A DNA stretch of 64,000 nucleotides, from NCBI GenBank assembly GCA_017858515.1, contig JAFMBM010000008.1:1357-65356 (forward strand), written 5' to 3'. Position numbers and translations under genes: made by a program. The notes under the pieces were generated by a model. The model did not search any database. It saw only the letters and a program-made list of their open reading frames with translations, and was not told the DNA's origin. Below, one piece after another: positions 1 through 8,349 of this stretch; within the stretch, counting starts at the first letter, position 1, and every line of letters begins with the position of its first letter. Origin of the DNA: Cryomorphaceae bacterium (GTDB lineage: Bacteria > Bacteroidota > Bacteroidia > Flavobacteriales > Schleiferiaceae).

Positions 1-243
1 GCATTCGAAATAATTCTGTGAGTTTTCCTACTGTTGAACCCTAGGCCTTACTCTATGCTCTTCACCCAAATAAGTATACTTATTGGCTCAGTGGCTGTAT
101 TTGCTGATGTTTGGTATAATCAATCGAAAGATCATGCCTCATTTTTAGTCAGTTTGAGCTCTTCTAGTTTTAGTGAATACACTTTATGGACAGGAGTTAT
201 TTTTCGGAGTTTTTCTCAGGGTATTTGGAACAATCCTTCCAAC

Positions 244-272
244 AAAAAACCGGCTCACCTCTCGGTGGCCGG
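244..272 (-). terminator. Putative intrinsic terminator of the 282..1043 gene
   Basis: GC-rich hairpin CCGGCTCACC-tctc-GGTGGCCGG (250..272, one bulged T) lies just 3' of the minus-strand stop at 282..284. On the minus strand it is followed by a T-run (complement of A6 at 244..249). Confidence 0.5.
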
Positions 273-281
273 CTTTCTGCT

Positions 282-1043
282 TTAGCCCATTTCGCTGCTG
301 CTTCCTCCAGATGCTGAGGGTGGGGAGCTGTTGCCTTCGCTGGCTTCGGAGCTTGCTGCGGTAGTTGATTCGCTAGGCTCTTCTTTCTTTTTGTAATACA
401 CGCTAATTTTCGTGCTTCTCACTTCGGCATATCCATTGTAGAAATCACGGTCGAGATCCATGAATACACGCATTTTCATATCTAGACGGTCTCTAAGGAA
501 TTCCAATAGCTCATCTTGCTTGGTTTCTAGTTTCACTTTCAAGAGCTTCCTCTGCGTTCGGCGGTCGGAGGGAAGGAAACGGATCTTTCTGAAGTGATCG
601 TAACTCTCTTGGGCTTTCGCTAGGCATGCTTTGGCGGTGGGATGAGAATCAAACTCGGCGGAAAAGTCTTCTGCTTTGCTTAAAATGCTCTGCGCTTTTA
701 TTACCGATTTCTCTAATCCATTGCGCATTAGCTCTTTTAATGAGAGGTCTACCAAATAGGCGGTGTCTTCTTTTCCTGCCTCGGTGCTGAAGGCGTGCAA
801 TACTCCTGCTAATTGTACCAGGCGTTCGTTGAACTCTTCTCGCTCGTTGTCGCGTATTTCTCCAAAAGCTTTTGATAGGCTTTCATAGTCCGCTAAGAGT
901 TGGGAGATAAGCTGCGTTTCTGAAATAAAGTGGTCTATTTCTCCACTTAATAAGGATTCATTTTCCCATTGGGCACGGTGTTCTGCCAAATGGCTGCTGA
1001 GTTTGTGAAACATTTTTTGTCTGTTTCTGTGGGTCGTGTTCAT
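282..1043 (-). CDS. Hypothetical protein, charged and helical, with a Ser-rich C-terminal tail
   Basis: 253-aa ORF with no long competing ORF. The charged sequence looks helical and ends in a low-complexity tail (PSESTTAASSEASEGNSSPPSASGGSSSEMG). A hairpin terminator follows. No family recognised. Confidence 0.6.
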   Translation of the reverse strand: MNTTHRNRQKMFHKLSSHLAEHRAQWENESLLSGEIDHFISETQLISQLLADYESLSKAFGEIRDNEREEFNERLVQLAGVLHAFSTEAGKEDTAYLVDLSLKELMRNGLEKSVIKAQSILSKAEDFSAEFDSHPTAKACLAKAQESYDHFRKIRFLPSDRRTQRKLLKVKLETKQDELLEFLRDRLDMKMRVFMDLDRDFYNGYAEVRSTKISVYYKKKEEPSESTTAASSEASEGNSSPPSASGGSSSEMG

Positions 1044-1132
1044 AATTTTTGTTTTAAAATTTGAGTGTTTAACTAATAATTTGTCGTTTGATCAATTGAC
1101 TCTGCAAAGGATTTAATTCCCCGTGAAAAAGC

Positions 1133-1181
1133 TTTCGCCATTTTGGCGAAAAAAAAATAAAAGTTTCGCCAATTTGGCGAA
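1133..1181. promoter_or_regulatory. Two copies of a 17-bp palindrome TTCGCCA-N3-TGGCGAA (candidate operator pair)
   Basis: TTCGCCAtttTGGCGAA at 1134..1150 and TTCGCCAattTGGCGAA at 1165..1181. Centres are 31 bp apart and separated by an A9 tract. The pair lies 90-140 bp upstream of the minus-strand start codon at 1043. Confidence 0.5.
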
Positions 1182-1400
1182 GGAAATCTCAAACCCCACG
1201 CTAGCATTGACTTTCAGAAGGCTGCCTTTCTTTCCTTTTGGCCTCTTTGGCCTCTATTTTTTTGGGTTGGAGGGAAGAAAACAGACTACTTCGGTAAAAA
1301 ATGCGGGTACTATGACAAAGAATGGTGTAGGTCTGCCGGCTCTAAAAAGGGGCTCTAGAACCCTTACAGGTTTTAAAGGCAAACTAACAGCCTTTCAATG

Positions 1401-1721
1401 CAATGGAACCGTCTTCCTATGCAAGCCTTGCAGGCTTCGTTCGCAATGCTTGCAGTCTTTGATCGCAATGCTTGCAGCCTTCGTACGCAATAGAACCGAC
1501 TTCGAACCCAATGCTTCGCGCTTTGAATCCAATTCAACGCAAGAGGGCGCCAATGCTTCGCGCTTTCAATCCAATGCTGAGCGAATAGGCTGCAAGGCTT
1601 GCAGGCTTTGTTGCCAATGCTTCACTCTTTGAACTCATTGGGCAAAGGCTTGGCTGCCAATGGAACCCAACTTGTCTCCTATTGGGCAATGCTTTCAATC
1701 CAATTCCTAAGCTAGGCGCGC
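1401..1721. repeat. Degenerate tandem repeat array, 21-22 bp unit (CAATGCTT-type), about 14-15 units
   Basis: CAAT/CAAG unit starts at 1401, 1422, 1444, 1466, 1488, 1509, 1530, 1551, 1572, 1593, 1615, 1658 and 1701. Near-identical unit pairs occur at 1444/1466, 1509/1551 and 1422/1593. Confidence 0.7.
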
Positions 1722-1899
1722 AAACTGATTATGAATGAGCGCGAGCGGGCGATGCTTTGTTGTTATAGGTCTCATGCTTTGAAGCCTATTCTTTGCGATG
1801 CGCTTGAAAGGCTGAGTAAAAAGTTGGCTTTTCTGGCTCTTTGCGCTCTAGAGGTGAAAGGGCTCTTTGCCACAATAGATTAGGGAGGGGTGCTATATA

Positions 1900-2811
1900 T
1901 CAGTGCTTCTCTTCTTTCCCACCAAGACAGCGCTCAATCATTAGGCTGTTTTCTGCGGCTCTTAGCTTCAACTGCTGAAGCCATTGTCTTCGGAAGCCTT
2001 GTATAAGTCCAGGATTGCTAGAGTGAAGGTAATGCGCCCCATTAATAGCACCCAAGAGCAAAGCCTGATCAGAGGTTTCCAGCAAGGCTCCATTGTTTAA
2101 ATGCATGGCTTCAAAGCGCGCAATAAGACATTCGCCTCCCTTGGTCTTTTGTAATTTGTTTTTCCACTCCTTTTGCTCTCCTTCCAGCCATTCAAAATGC
2201 TGTGCAATGCACTGAGCCCATTCAGAACGCAATTGTCCGCTCTCTACTTCCAACTTCAACTGAGCATATTGGGCTCCAAAAGCTCTATCCAGCCAAAGCT
2301 CTTCCGATGGTAATGAGAGGTAATGCTCCCAAAGCTGAGTGGCTAAAAGATGGGTTTCATCCGACAGTTCCGGCAGCGATGGACTTGGATCTAATGCCGC
2401 CCACTGCCTGAATTTGTAGCGAAGGGTAATGGGGTGACTGAGGAAGTAAAAGAAAGGAATGTCTCTGGCTACATAGCGAAAACGCATAGTCGATTGCTTG
2501 CTCGCCTTTTGAATCAGCTGAGTGGTGTTTTCTAAATAGCGATGAAAAGAGTGGGCATCTTTAAATTGATAGACCTGAATGACTTTTAAATGATGCTTGG
2601 GGAAAAGCTCGGCCGCCATCATGGCCGCTTCGGGTACACTTGCACAGAGCAACAGCATTTCTTCCAACTGCAAACCGCGCTCTCCACTGATTTTTCTATA
2701 GGCTGAACTTTCAGATATATCTAAGTGCTCCGAAAGCCACTTGGGTAAACTCACATTTCCTGAGATACCCCTTTGAAGTATTTGAAAGAAAGAATTATGA
2801 TCGAATTTCAT
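1900..2811 (-). CDS. Hypothetical protein with N-terminal helix-turn-helix-like segment (putative transcriptional regulator)
   Basis: 303-aa ORF. The N-terminal segment LSEHLDISESSAYRKISGERGLQLEEM looks like a BetR/XRE-type HTH. The remaining ~240 aa have no recognisable domain. Confidence 0.55.
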   Translation of the reverse strand: MKFDHNSFFQILQRGISGNVSLPKWLSEHLDISESSAYRKISGERGLQLEEMLLLCASVPEAAMMAAELFPKHHLKVIQVYQFKDAHSFHRYLENTTQLIQKASKQSTMRFRYVARDIPFFYFLSHPITLRYKFRQWAALDPSPSLPELSDETHLLATQLWEHYLSLPSEELWLDRAFGAQYAQLKLEVESGQLRSEWAQCIAQHFEWLEGEQKEWKNKLQKTKGGECLIARFEAMHLNNGALLETSDQALLLGAINGAHYLHSSNPGLIQGFRRQWLQQLKLRAAENSLMIERCLGGKEEKH

Positions 2812-3247
2812 ACTGCAAACAATAAAAAGATGAATAAATAGAACCTAAATCGTAAGAGATACTGTTAAAAGAAATACGACAATAATTATAGTGTAAATTC
2901 AAGTCCTGTGCAAGTCCTAAGAGTATACCGATTCCGTATAATGGATGGCAAGAAAAGGAGGGAGGGAGGAAGGCAAGGATCCAAGGCTTCTTTGCTTGGC
3001 TTTGGGTGGATGTGGGTTTCCTCAAAGAAGGGAATTCATTCTTTCTTCACCCCGTTTCTTTCTTAAGTAGAAAGGGAACAGCTCCATGCTTAAGAGGCTA
3101 TGCTTTCTTGGGTACAATCCTAGTTCTTCCTTCTTCTAGATGAATCGGAAAATCGCCTGGCTTAGGACTTCCAAAGTATTCCGCAAAGCACCTTCCTTCT
3201 ATTTCTTCTGCTAGGAATAAACAAATCCATGCCATTACCTTTGCCGC

Positions 3248-4075
3248 ATGATGAACTTCAATGGAGATTTGGTCCATCCTTCTACTCCTCTTTTTCACGC
3301 CTACGATCGTGCCTTCGCCTATGGCGATTCTGTATTCGAAACCTTCCGTTTTTCACATGCTCAGATTCACTTTTTAGAAGATCATTACTTCCGCCTTATG
3401 TCGGCTATGCGCATCTTTAGAATGAAGATTCCCATGCATTTTACTCCCGAGTTTTTTGAGGAGCAGGTGCAGCGCATCATTCCTGCCAACTCAAACCAAT
3501 GCTTTCGCGTACGACTCAGCGTGTATCGAATGGGGGCCGGAAGGTATCAGCCCGAGACCAATGAGGTTGGATGGCTGGCGGTGGCCGAACCTATGGAGGA
3601 GGAAGACTATGTATTGGGCAAGGAGCTCAGCCTAGAGGTCTTTAAAGATCATTATAAACCCGTCCACCTTTTATCGAGTTTCAAAAATGCCAATTCTAGC
3701 CTCTATGTTATTGCCGCCAATTGGGTAAAAGAGAATGGCTTAGATGAGTGTTTCATTCTAAATGAGAAAAAGCAGGTCTGTGAGGCCGTTTCTTCCAATG
3801 TGTTTATTGTTAAGGAGGATGAGCTCATTACTCCCCCTTTGTCTTCGGGCTGTATTAAAGGTGTAATGCGAAAGCAATTGCTCAAATGGGCGCCTATGCT
3901 TGGATTAAAAGCCGTTGAAAAGGATCTCTCTCCCTTTGATTTGCTAAAGGCCGAGGAAATTTGGCTTAGCAACTCCATTCAAGGTATTCGTGCGGTAAAG
4001 AAATACAAGCTCTCTGAATACCAAAGCAATAGGGCAAAGGATATGTTGGAAGTTGTAAACGATCAGTTCAGCTGA
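3248..4075 (+). CDS. Aminotransferase class IV family protein (aminodeoxychorismate lyase-like)
   Basis: 275 aa. N-terminal fold-type IV PLP motif DRAFAYGDSVFETFR. Size and layout are typical of PabC/D-aminotransferase-like enzymes. Confidence 0.75.
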   Translation: MMNFNGDLVHPSTPLFHAYDRAFAYGDSVFETFRFSHAQIHFLEDHYFRLMSAMRIFRMKIPMHFTPEFFEEQVQRIIPANSNQCFRVRLSVYRMGAGRYQPETNEVGWLAVAEPMEEEDYVLGKELSLEVFKDHYKPVHLLSSFKNANSSLYVIAANWVKENGLDECFILNEKKQVCEAVSSNVFIVKEDELITPPLSSGCIKGVMRKQLLKWAPMLGLKAVEKDLSPFDLLKAEEIWLSNSIQGIRAVKKYKLSEYQSNRAKDMLEVVNDQFS

Positions 4076-4638
4076 GGATCTTTAGGCAGATTGGCCCAGA
4101 GTACATGCTGCCCGCCAACATCGTGCATCAGTTCCTTCCATAGAGAGTCTTCTTGGCCTATTTCGGGCAAGTGAAGATCCTCTACTTCCAGTACTATCCA
4201 GCTTTTGCTCGTGAGTTCGGTGGGTAATTGGTTTTTCCCCCATCCGCTATAGCCTAGATAAAAACGAATCTCGTCTTGGAGTATAAGTCCTGCTTGAATA
4301 CACTCTTTTAAAATCTGAAAGTCGCCCCCCCAACTGAGTCCTTCGCTAATTTTAATGCTATTGGGAATAAGATCGCCCTTGCTATGGATATAAAAGAGAT
4401 GGTCTTTCTCCACCGGTCCGCCTTCGTAAATGGGCATATTAAAGGCATCGATTTCAGGAAAAACATCGTGCAACTCAAGGCCCATGGTCTTGTTGAGAAC
4501 AAAACCAAAAGAGCCCTCTGTAGAATGCTCGGTGAGCAGAATTACGGTTTGATCGAAATTGGGATCACCCAAATAAGCTCCGGCCACTAAAAAAGTACCC
4601 ACTTTTGCCTCGCTAATCTCTTTTACCTTCCAATTCAT
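4063..4638 (-). CDS. YqgE/AlgH family protein (UPF0301)
   Basis: Motif GDPNFDQTVILLTEHSTEGSFGFVLNK is typical of YqgE/AlgH. I chose the ATG at 4638 (MNWKVKEI...) over the 241-aa maximal ORF, whose 5' extension would run into pdxH. Confidence 0.75.
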   Translation of the reverse strand: MNWKVKEISEAKVGTFLVAGAYLGDPNFDQTVILLTEHSTEGSFGFVLNKTMGLELHDVFPEIDAFNMPIYEGGPVEKDHLFYIHSKGDLIPNSIKISEGLSWGGDFQILKECIQAGLILQDEIRFYLGYSGWGKNQLPTELTSKSWIVLEVEDLHLPEIGQEDSLWKELMHDVGGQHVLWANLPKDPQLN

Positions 4639-4709
4639 ATATCCAATATTAGTCAATACCATTGGCGATCTACTCGCCCTGCGACGTATTTTTGAACAAA
4701 CTTTACAGA

Positions 4710-5348
4710 ATGAACCGAGACCTTCATCATTATAGAAGAAATTACCTATCGGCCGAACTCTTAGAAAGCAACATAGACCTAGACCCAATGGTTCAATTTG
4801 CCACTTGGTTTAAGGAATACGAAGCCGTTGCTTCTCATGAGGCCAATACGGTTTGTATAAGCACCAACGGTGCTCTCGGACCCAGTTCACGTATTGTATT
4901 ATTGAAGAGCTTCGATGCCCAAGGCTTTGTGTTTTATACCAATTACGAGAGTCGTAAGGCGCAAGAAGCGGAGGCAAGTGCTAAGGTGGGAATGTTGTTT
5001 TTTTGGCCTGAATTGGAAAGACAGGTACGGGTGCAAGGTCAAATTGCACGCATAGATGAGGCCGAAAGCGATCGCTATTTCAACAGTCGGCCTTTCGAAT
5101 CGCGCATTGGGGCTCTTACCTCCAACCAAAGCAAACCCATTAAAGACCGGGCTGAATTAGAGAATACCTATACTCAACTAGCCCAAGAGTGGGAGGGAAG
5201 GCAAGTAGAGCGACCCAAGAATTGGGGAGGATACAAGGTGGTTCCTGTGCAAATGGAGTTTTGGCAGGGCAGACCCTCTCGCTTACACGACCGTATAGAA
5301 TACAATTGGATAGGCGGAAGTTGGCAGATCCAAAGGCTTGCACCTTAA
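4710..5348 (+). CDS. pdxH: Pyridoxamine 5'-phosphate oxidase
   Basis: N-terminus MNRDLHHYRRNY... and C-terminal EFWQGRPSRLHDRIEY...RLAP are characteristic of PdxH. ATG at 4710 is preferred to the upstream TTG at 4662. Confidence 0.85.
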   Translation: MNRDLHHYRRNYLSAELLESNIDLDPMVQFATWFKEYEAVASHEANTVCISTNGALGPSSRIVLLKSFDAQGFVFYTNYESRKAQEAEASAKVGMLFFWPELERQVRVQGQIARIDEAESDRYFNSRPFESRIGALTSNQSKPIKDRAELENTYTQLAQEWEGRQVERPKNWGGYKVVPVQMEFWQGRPSRLHDRIEYNWIGGSWQIQRLAP

Positions 5349-5397
5349 GTAGAATTATAGCCGAAGGTATGGGCATCAATGCCTAATTTAGCCACCC

Positions 5398-6624
5398 ATG
5401 CAAAAGACAGAAATTGTAATCATAGGAGCAGGACCTGCGGGTTCTGCCTGCGCTTTGTTGCTCGCCGATGCTGGCAAGGAGGTGGTTCTTTTAGATAAGG
5501 CTGCATTTCCACGCGATAAGATCTGCGGAGATGCTCTTAGTCCGGATGTAATCAACCAATTGGTAAAGATTCGTCCTTCGCTAAGAGAACGCTTCGACCA
5601 GCAAACCGACCGGCAGCGGATTACAGGTTTGCGTATGATTGCGCCCAATAAAGAGGAGTTTGTTCTGTATCTCAATCAGAATCAAGAGAAGAATATAGAA
5701 GGCTTTGTAATGCCTCGGATGGAGTTTGATCGCACCTTAAATGAAGAAGTGCGCATCCATCCTAAAATCAAACTCATAGAAAATTGCAAAGTAGACAAGG
5801 TAACGGTGGTGGCCGATGGAGTACAACTGGAGACCAGCGAAGGTGAGTTTCATGCCCTCTCTATCGTAGGTGCCGATGGGGCCCATAGCATTGTAGCCAA
5901 GCAGTTGGCGGGCTTTGAGATGGATAGAAACCATTATTGCGCCGCTCTGAGAGTGTACTACGACAATGTAGAATGGGATCAGCCCAAAGATTTAATAGAG
6001 CTGCACTTTATACCCGAGGTTTCTCCCGGCTATTTATGGATCTTCCCTATGGAAGGCAATAAAGCCAATGTAGGCATCGGTATGCTGAGTAAACACGTGG
6101 CCGAGAAGAATGTAAACCTCAGATCGGAGTTGGATAAGGCCCTGAAGTCGCATCCTTCTATTAGTCCGCGCTTTAAGAATGCCATGGCTCGTGAGAGTGT
6201 AAAAGGCTTCGGCATTCCATTAGGATCGAAGAAGTTTCCCATATCCGGCAATCGTTTTCTATTGGTAGGAGACGCCGCCTCACTGGTAGATCCCATGACA
6301 GGAGAAGGAGTTGGAAATGCCCTCCGAAGTGGACGATTTGCCGCGGAGCATTTGTTGGAAGCCTTAAAGATCAATCGTTTTGATGCCGCTTATAACAAAG
6401 CCTACGACAGAAGAATTTACAAGGCTATGTGGTCTGAATTTAGAATTTCTAGAGCCTTCCAGAAATTCTTCACCAATCCACGACGCGTGAACTGGCTAAC
6501 GGGCTTTTTGAATAGGAATAAAAAGCTGCATCAGAAAATGAACAAATGGTTCTTAGAAGACCATCTGATGACGCATTGGAACAAGCCTTCTTTCTATTTC
6601 AAAAAGATCCTCAATCTAAAGTAA
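5398..6624 (+). CDS. Geranylgeranyl reductase family FAD-dependent oxidoreductase
   Basis: N-terminal dinucleotide fold VIIGAGPAGSACALLLA and later GDAASLVDPMTGEG motif. 408 aa. Confidence 0.75.
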   Translation: MQKTEIVIIGAGPAGSACALLLADAGKEVVLLDKAAFPRDKICGDALSPDVINQLVKIRPSLRERFDQQTDRQRITGLRMIAPNKEEFVLYLNQNQEKNIEGFVMPRMEFDRTLNEEVRIHPKIKLIENCKVDKVTVVADGVQLETSEGEFHALSIVGADGAHSIVAKQLAGFEMDRNHYCAALRVYYDNVEWDQPKDLIELHFIPEVSPGYLWIFPMEGNKANVGIGMLSKHVAEKNVNLRSELDKALKSHPSISPRFKNAMARESVKGFGIPLGSKKFPISGNRFLLVGDAASLVDPMTGEGVGNALRSGRFAAEHLLEALKINRFDAAYNKAYDRRIYKAMWSEFRISRAFQKFFTNPRRVNWLTGFLNRNKKLHQKMNKWFLEDHLMTHWNKPSFYFKKILNLK

Positions 6625-7204
6625 TCTGCTGCAGATGTTGGGCGCTTGCTTGTTGTAGCTCTGGAAAAAAATCTAGAAAAAGCGCATTGAGTGATTGGTA
6701 ATGCATTTGAATTCCATCCCAAGCCGTCTGCATGCTAGAGGGAAATCGCGTTCTTCGGCTCAATCCTGAAAAGGCCTGCAGCATTCCCACCTCTTCCTTA
6801 TACGAAAGCAGCCAATTGTGCCTTTGCATATGCTCAAACATACGCAGCACATTCGGAGGCATATGGGGAATGAAGGCTTCTAATCTTGCATAGGTTTCTA
6901 GGGTATACTGTTCTAAGCTTATAGCACTATAAAGGGCCCAGTTACGGGCGAGGAAATGATCGAAAACCATATCCACCACCACCGGACTAAATTTGCCTTG
7001 GTGCTCTCTTAAAATGCCAATGCTCTGTTTTACCAATAGATGCGAGTCGGTATACTGATCGATGAACCGATGAAGCTCTATTCCTTTTTTCATCATTCTA
7101 CTAAAGTCGAGAGTGGTAGAACGCTTCAATCCATCCGCCACAAAGTTTCCGAACAACACTTCGTCGTTCTCACCCGAAAGAAAGCAATGGGCTAGGTAAT
7201 TCAC
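6611..7204 (-). CDS. acpH: Acyl carrier protein phosphodiesterase
   Basis: N-terminus MNYLAHCFLS...FGNFVADGLK and ~195 aa length match the AcpH family. Confidence 0.7.
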   Translation of the reverse strand: MNYLAHCFLSGENDEVLFGNFVADGLKRSTTLDFSRMMKKGIELHRFIDQYTDSHLLVKQSIGILREHQGKFSPVVVDMVFDHFLARNWALYSAISLEQYTLETYARLEAFIPHMPPNVLRMFEHMQRHNWLLSYKEEVGMLQAFSGLSRRTRFPSSMQTAWDGIQMHYQSLNALFLDFFPELQQASAQHLQQITLD

Positions 7205-7983
7205 TTGCTGAGGATGGAATAAAACAATTTAGGTAATAGGGCATGAAATGGAACAGCGAGCAATTCCTTTCTGCCTATATATATATGGAAGCGATTGGAT
7301 TGCATGGCTTTCATCAACTTCTTGGCAAATACATCGGCAGGCATGCCATTTTCTTGCGCCGGACTGTTTTTATTCAGCGGCTGCCCATTTTTATCCAAGG
7401 AGTTTAGGGTTACCGAAGTCTGAATGAATCCAGGACTTACCACTTGAATTTTAATCTCAGTATCCTTCAGTTCCTGTCGTAAAGATTCATAATAGAGTAT
7501 CACCGCGGCCTTAGAGGCAGAGTAAGTAGCTAGCTTCGCTTGTCCGAACTTACCCGCTATACTCCCAATAACGATGATCTGACCTTTATTGGCCTCCACA
7601 AAATAGGGGAGTAGGGCCTTGCTCAAGGCTACATTTCCGTGATAATTTATGTCGAAGATGCGTCTTTCAATGGCATTAGAAGTCTCCAAACTGCGACTAA
7701 ATTGACCCAATCCAGCATTGCTGAGTAGAATATCTACGCTTCCTCTCCATTTTATGGCGAGAGAAACCCACTCTTCTGCTAATTCGTAGCGCTCAAGATC
7801 AATGGGTAGCAGCAAGGCTTTGTCTGGATGTTTCAATTCAGACTGCACCCGCCGTAAGGCCTCTAAGTTTCTGGAAGACAGAATGGTGTAAGCACCCTCT
7901 GCATTAAATAACTTAGCCGAAGCTTCACCAATTCCAGACGAAGCACCCGTAATCCAAACCGTTTTAGAAATCATTCTGTCCAT
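7201..7983 (-). CDS. SDR family oxidoreductase
   Basis: TGASSGIGEA cofactor motif and YSASKAA (YxxxK) catalytic motif. Its stop overlaps the acpH start by 4 nt. Confidence 0.85.
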   Translation of the reverse strand: MDRMISKTVWITGASSGIGEASAKLFNAEGAYTILSSRNLEALRRVQSELKHPDKALLLPIDLERYELAEEWVSLAIKWRGSVDILLSNAGLGQFSRSLETSNAIERRIFDINYHGNVALSKALLPYFVEANKGQIIVIGSIAGKFGQAKLATYSASKAAVILYYESLRQELKDTEIKIQVVSPGFIQTSVTLNSLDKNGQPLNKNSPAQENGMPADVFAKKLMKAMQSNRFHIYIGRKELLAVPFHALLPKLFYSILSK

Positions 7984-8042
7984 TCATCGAAAATAACCTT
8001 TGTAAATTCATTCATTGCATCTAAATCTTCCAGAAAGCTTTT

Positions 8043-8050
8043 TATATTTG
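8043..8050 (+). promoter_or_regulatory. Candidate Bacteroidota -7 promoter box (TAnnTTTG) for rpmH
   Basis: TATATTTG lies 43 nt upstream of the rpmH ATG. No convincing -33 TTTG at canonical spacing. Confidence 0.35.
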
Positions 8051-8092
8051 CAGCCTGAAATTCAGGAACGAGAGTAGCAAAAGCAGAAAGAT

Positions 8093-8251
8093 ATGAAAAG
8101 GACGTTTCAACCTTCCAACAGAAAACGCAGAAATAAGCACGGTTTTAGAGAGCGCATGGCAACAGCCAACGGACGCAGAGTAATTGCTGCCCGTCGTGCC
8201 CGTGGTCGTCATAAATTGACCGTTTCAGACGAAGGAAATCACAAAGGGTAA
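8093..8251 (+). CDS. rpmH: 50S ribosomal protein L34
   Basis: Hand translation gives [52 protein letters not shown] (52 aa), the canonical L34 sequence. It is below the ORF-track length cutoff. Confidence 0.95.
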   Translation: MKRTFQPSNRKRRNKHGFRERMATANGRRVIAARRARGRHKLTVSDEGNHKG

Positions 8252-8276
8252 TTCCTGAGTGTTTAATATGAATTTA

Positions 8277-8312
8277 GAAAGGTGTTATCGTAAAAGATGA
8301 CACCTTTTTTTT
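8277..8312 (+). terminator. Intrinsic terminator after rpmH
   Basis: Hairpin AAAGGTGT...ACACCTTT followed by a T8 run (gacaccttttttttg). Confidence 0.7.
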
Positions 8313-8349
8313 GCCTTGTAGTTTCGTATAGCAAAGAAAGAAATAGACC

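Noticed and set aside
34-364. ORFs 34..285 and 173..364 on the + strand at the left edge.
   Set aside because: Both run through the terminator hairpin, and the second also runs antisense into the 282..1043 gene. No motifs and weak alternative start codons. All minus-strand frames in 1..60 contain stops, so the left ~240 bp look non-coding.
1238-1255. Tandem 9-mer TTGGCCTCT x2, and repeated GGCTCT(A/T) words at 1338..1356 and 1834..1870.
   Set aside because: They are too short and too few to distinguish from chance within a repeat-rich gap. I note them as part of the 1044..1899 region rather than as separate features.
1488-1512. TTCGAACC segment resembling a tRNA T-loop. I also considered tmRNA, RNase P RNA or SRP RNA in the 1044..1899 gap.
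   Set aside because: No flanking T-stem, acceptor stem or anticodon arm could be drawn. None of the conserved cores I remember for RNase P (GAGGAAAGUCC), tmRNA ends or the SRP domain IV were present. The segment is simply one unit of the repeat array.
1123-1632. 169-aa ORF (+ strand, GTG start) running through the operator palindromes and most of the repeat array. Cys- and Arg-rich, with a repeated NASRF(E/Q)SN segment.
   Set aside because: The reading frame starts inside the palindrome and A9 region. Its apparent repeats are just the translation of a DNA repeat whose 21/22-nt units do not keep codon phase. The composition is unlike the other proteins here. I consider it a by-product of the repeat, though a conserved orthologous ORF would overturn this.
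2795-3025. 76-aa minus-strand ORF in the 2812..3247 intergenic region, and the purine-rich run aagaaaaggagggagggaggaaggcaagga.
   Set aside because: The ORF overlaps the start of the HTH gene and has low-complexity content. The purine tract alone does not define a feature.
3098-3298. 66-aa minus-strand ORF (…FAEYFGSPKPGDFPIHLEEGRTRIVPKKA) in the gap upstream of the class IV aminotransferase gene.
   Set aside because: It overlaps the well-supported start of the + strand gene by 50 bp. Using the internal Met would leave only 12 bp between divergent start codons. It could be a gene remnant, but I cannot support it.
7984-8349. Possible replication origin, given rpmH here and parAB about 8 kb away.
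   Set aside because: I found only isolated one-mismatch DnaA-box-like 9-mers, and those are inside coding genes (for example TGTGGACAA in dapB and TTATCCACT in the DUF1573 gene). There is no cluster, no dnaA or dnaN, and no AT-rich unwinding element.
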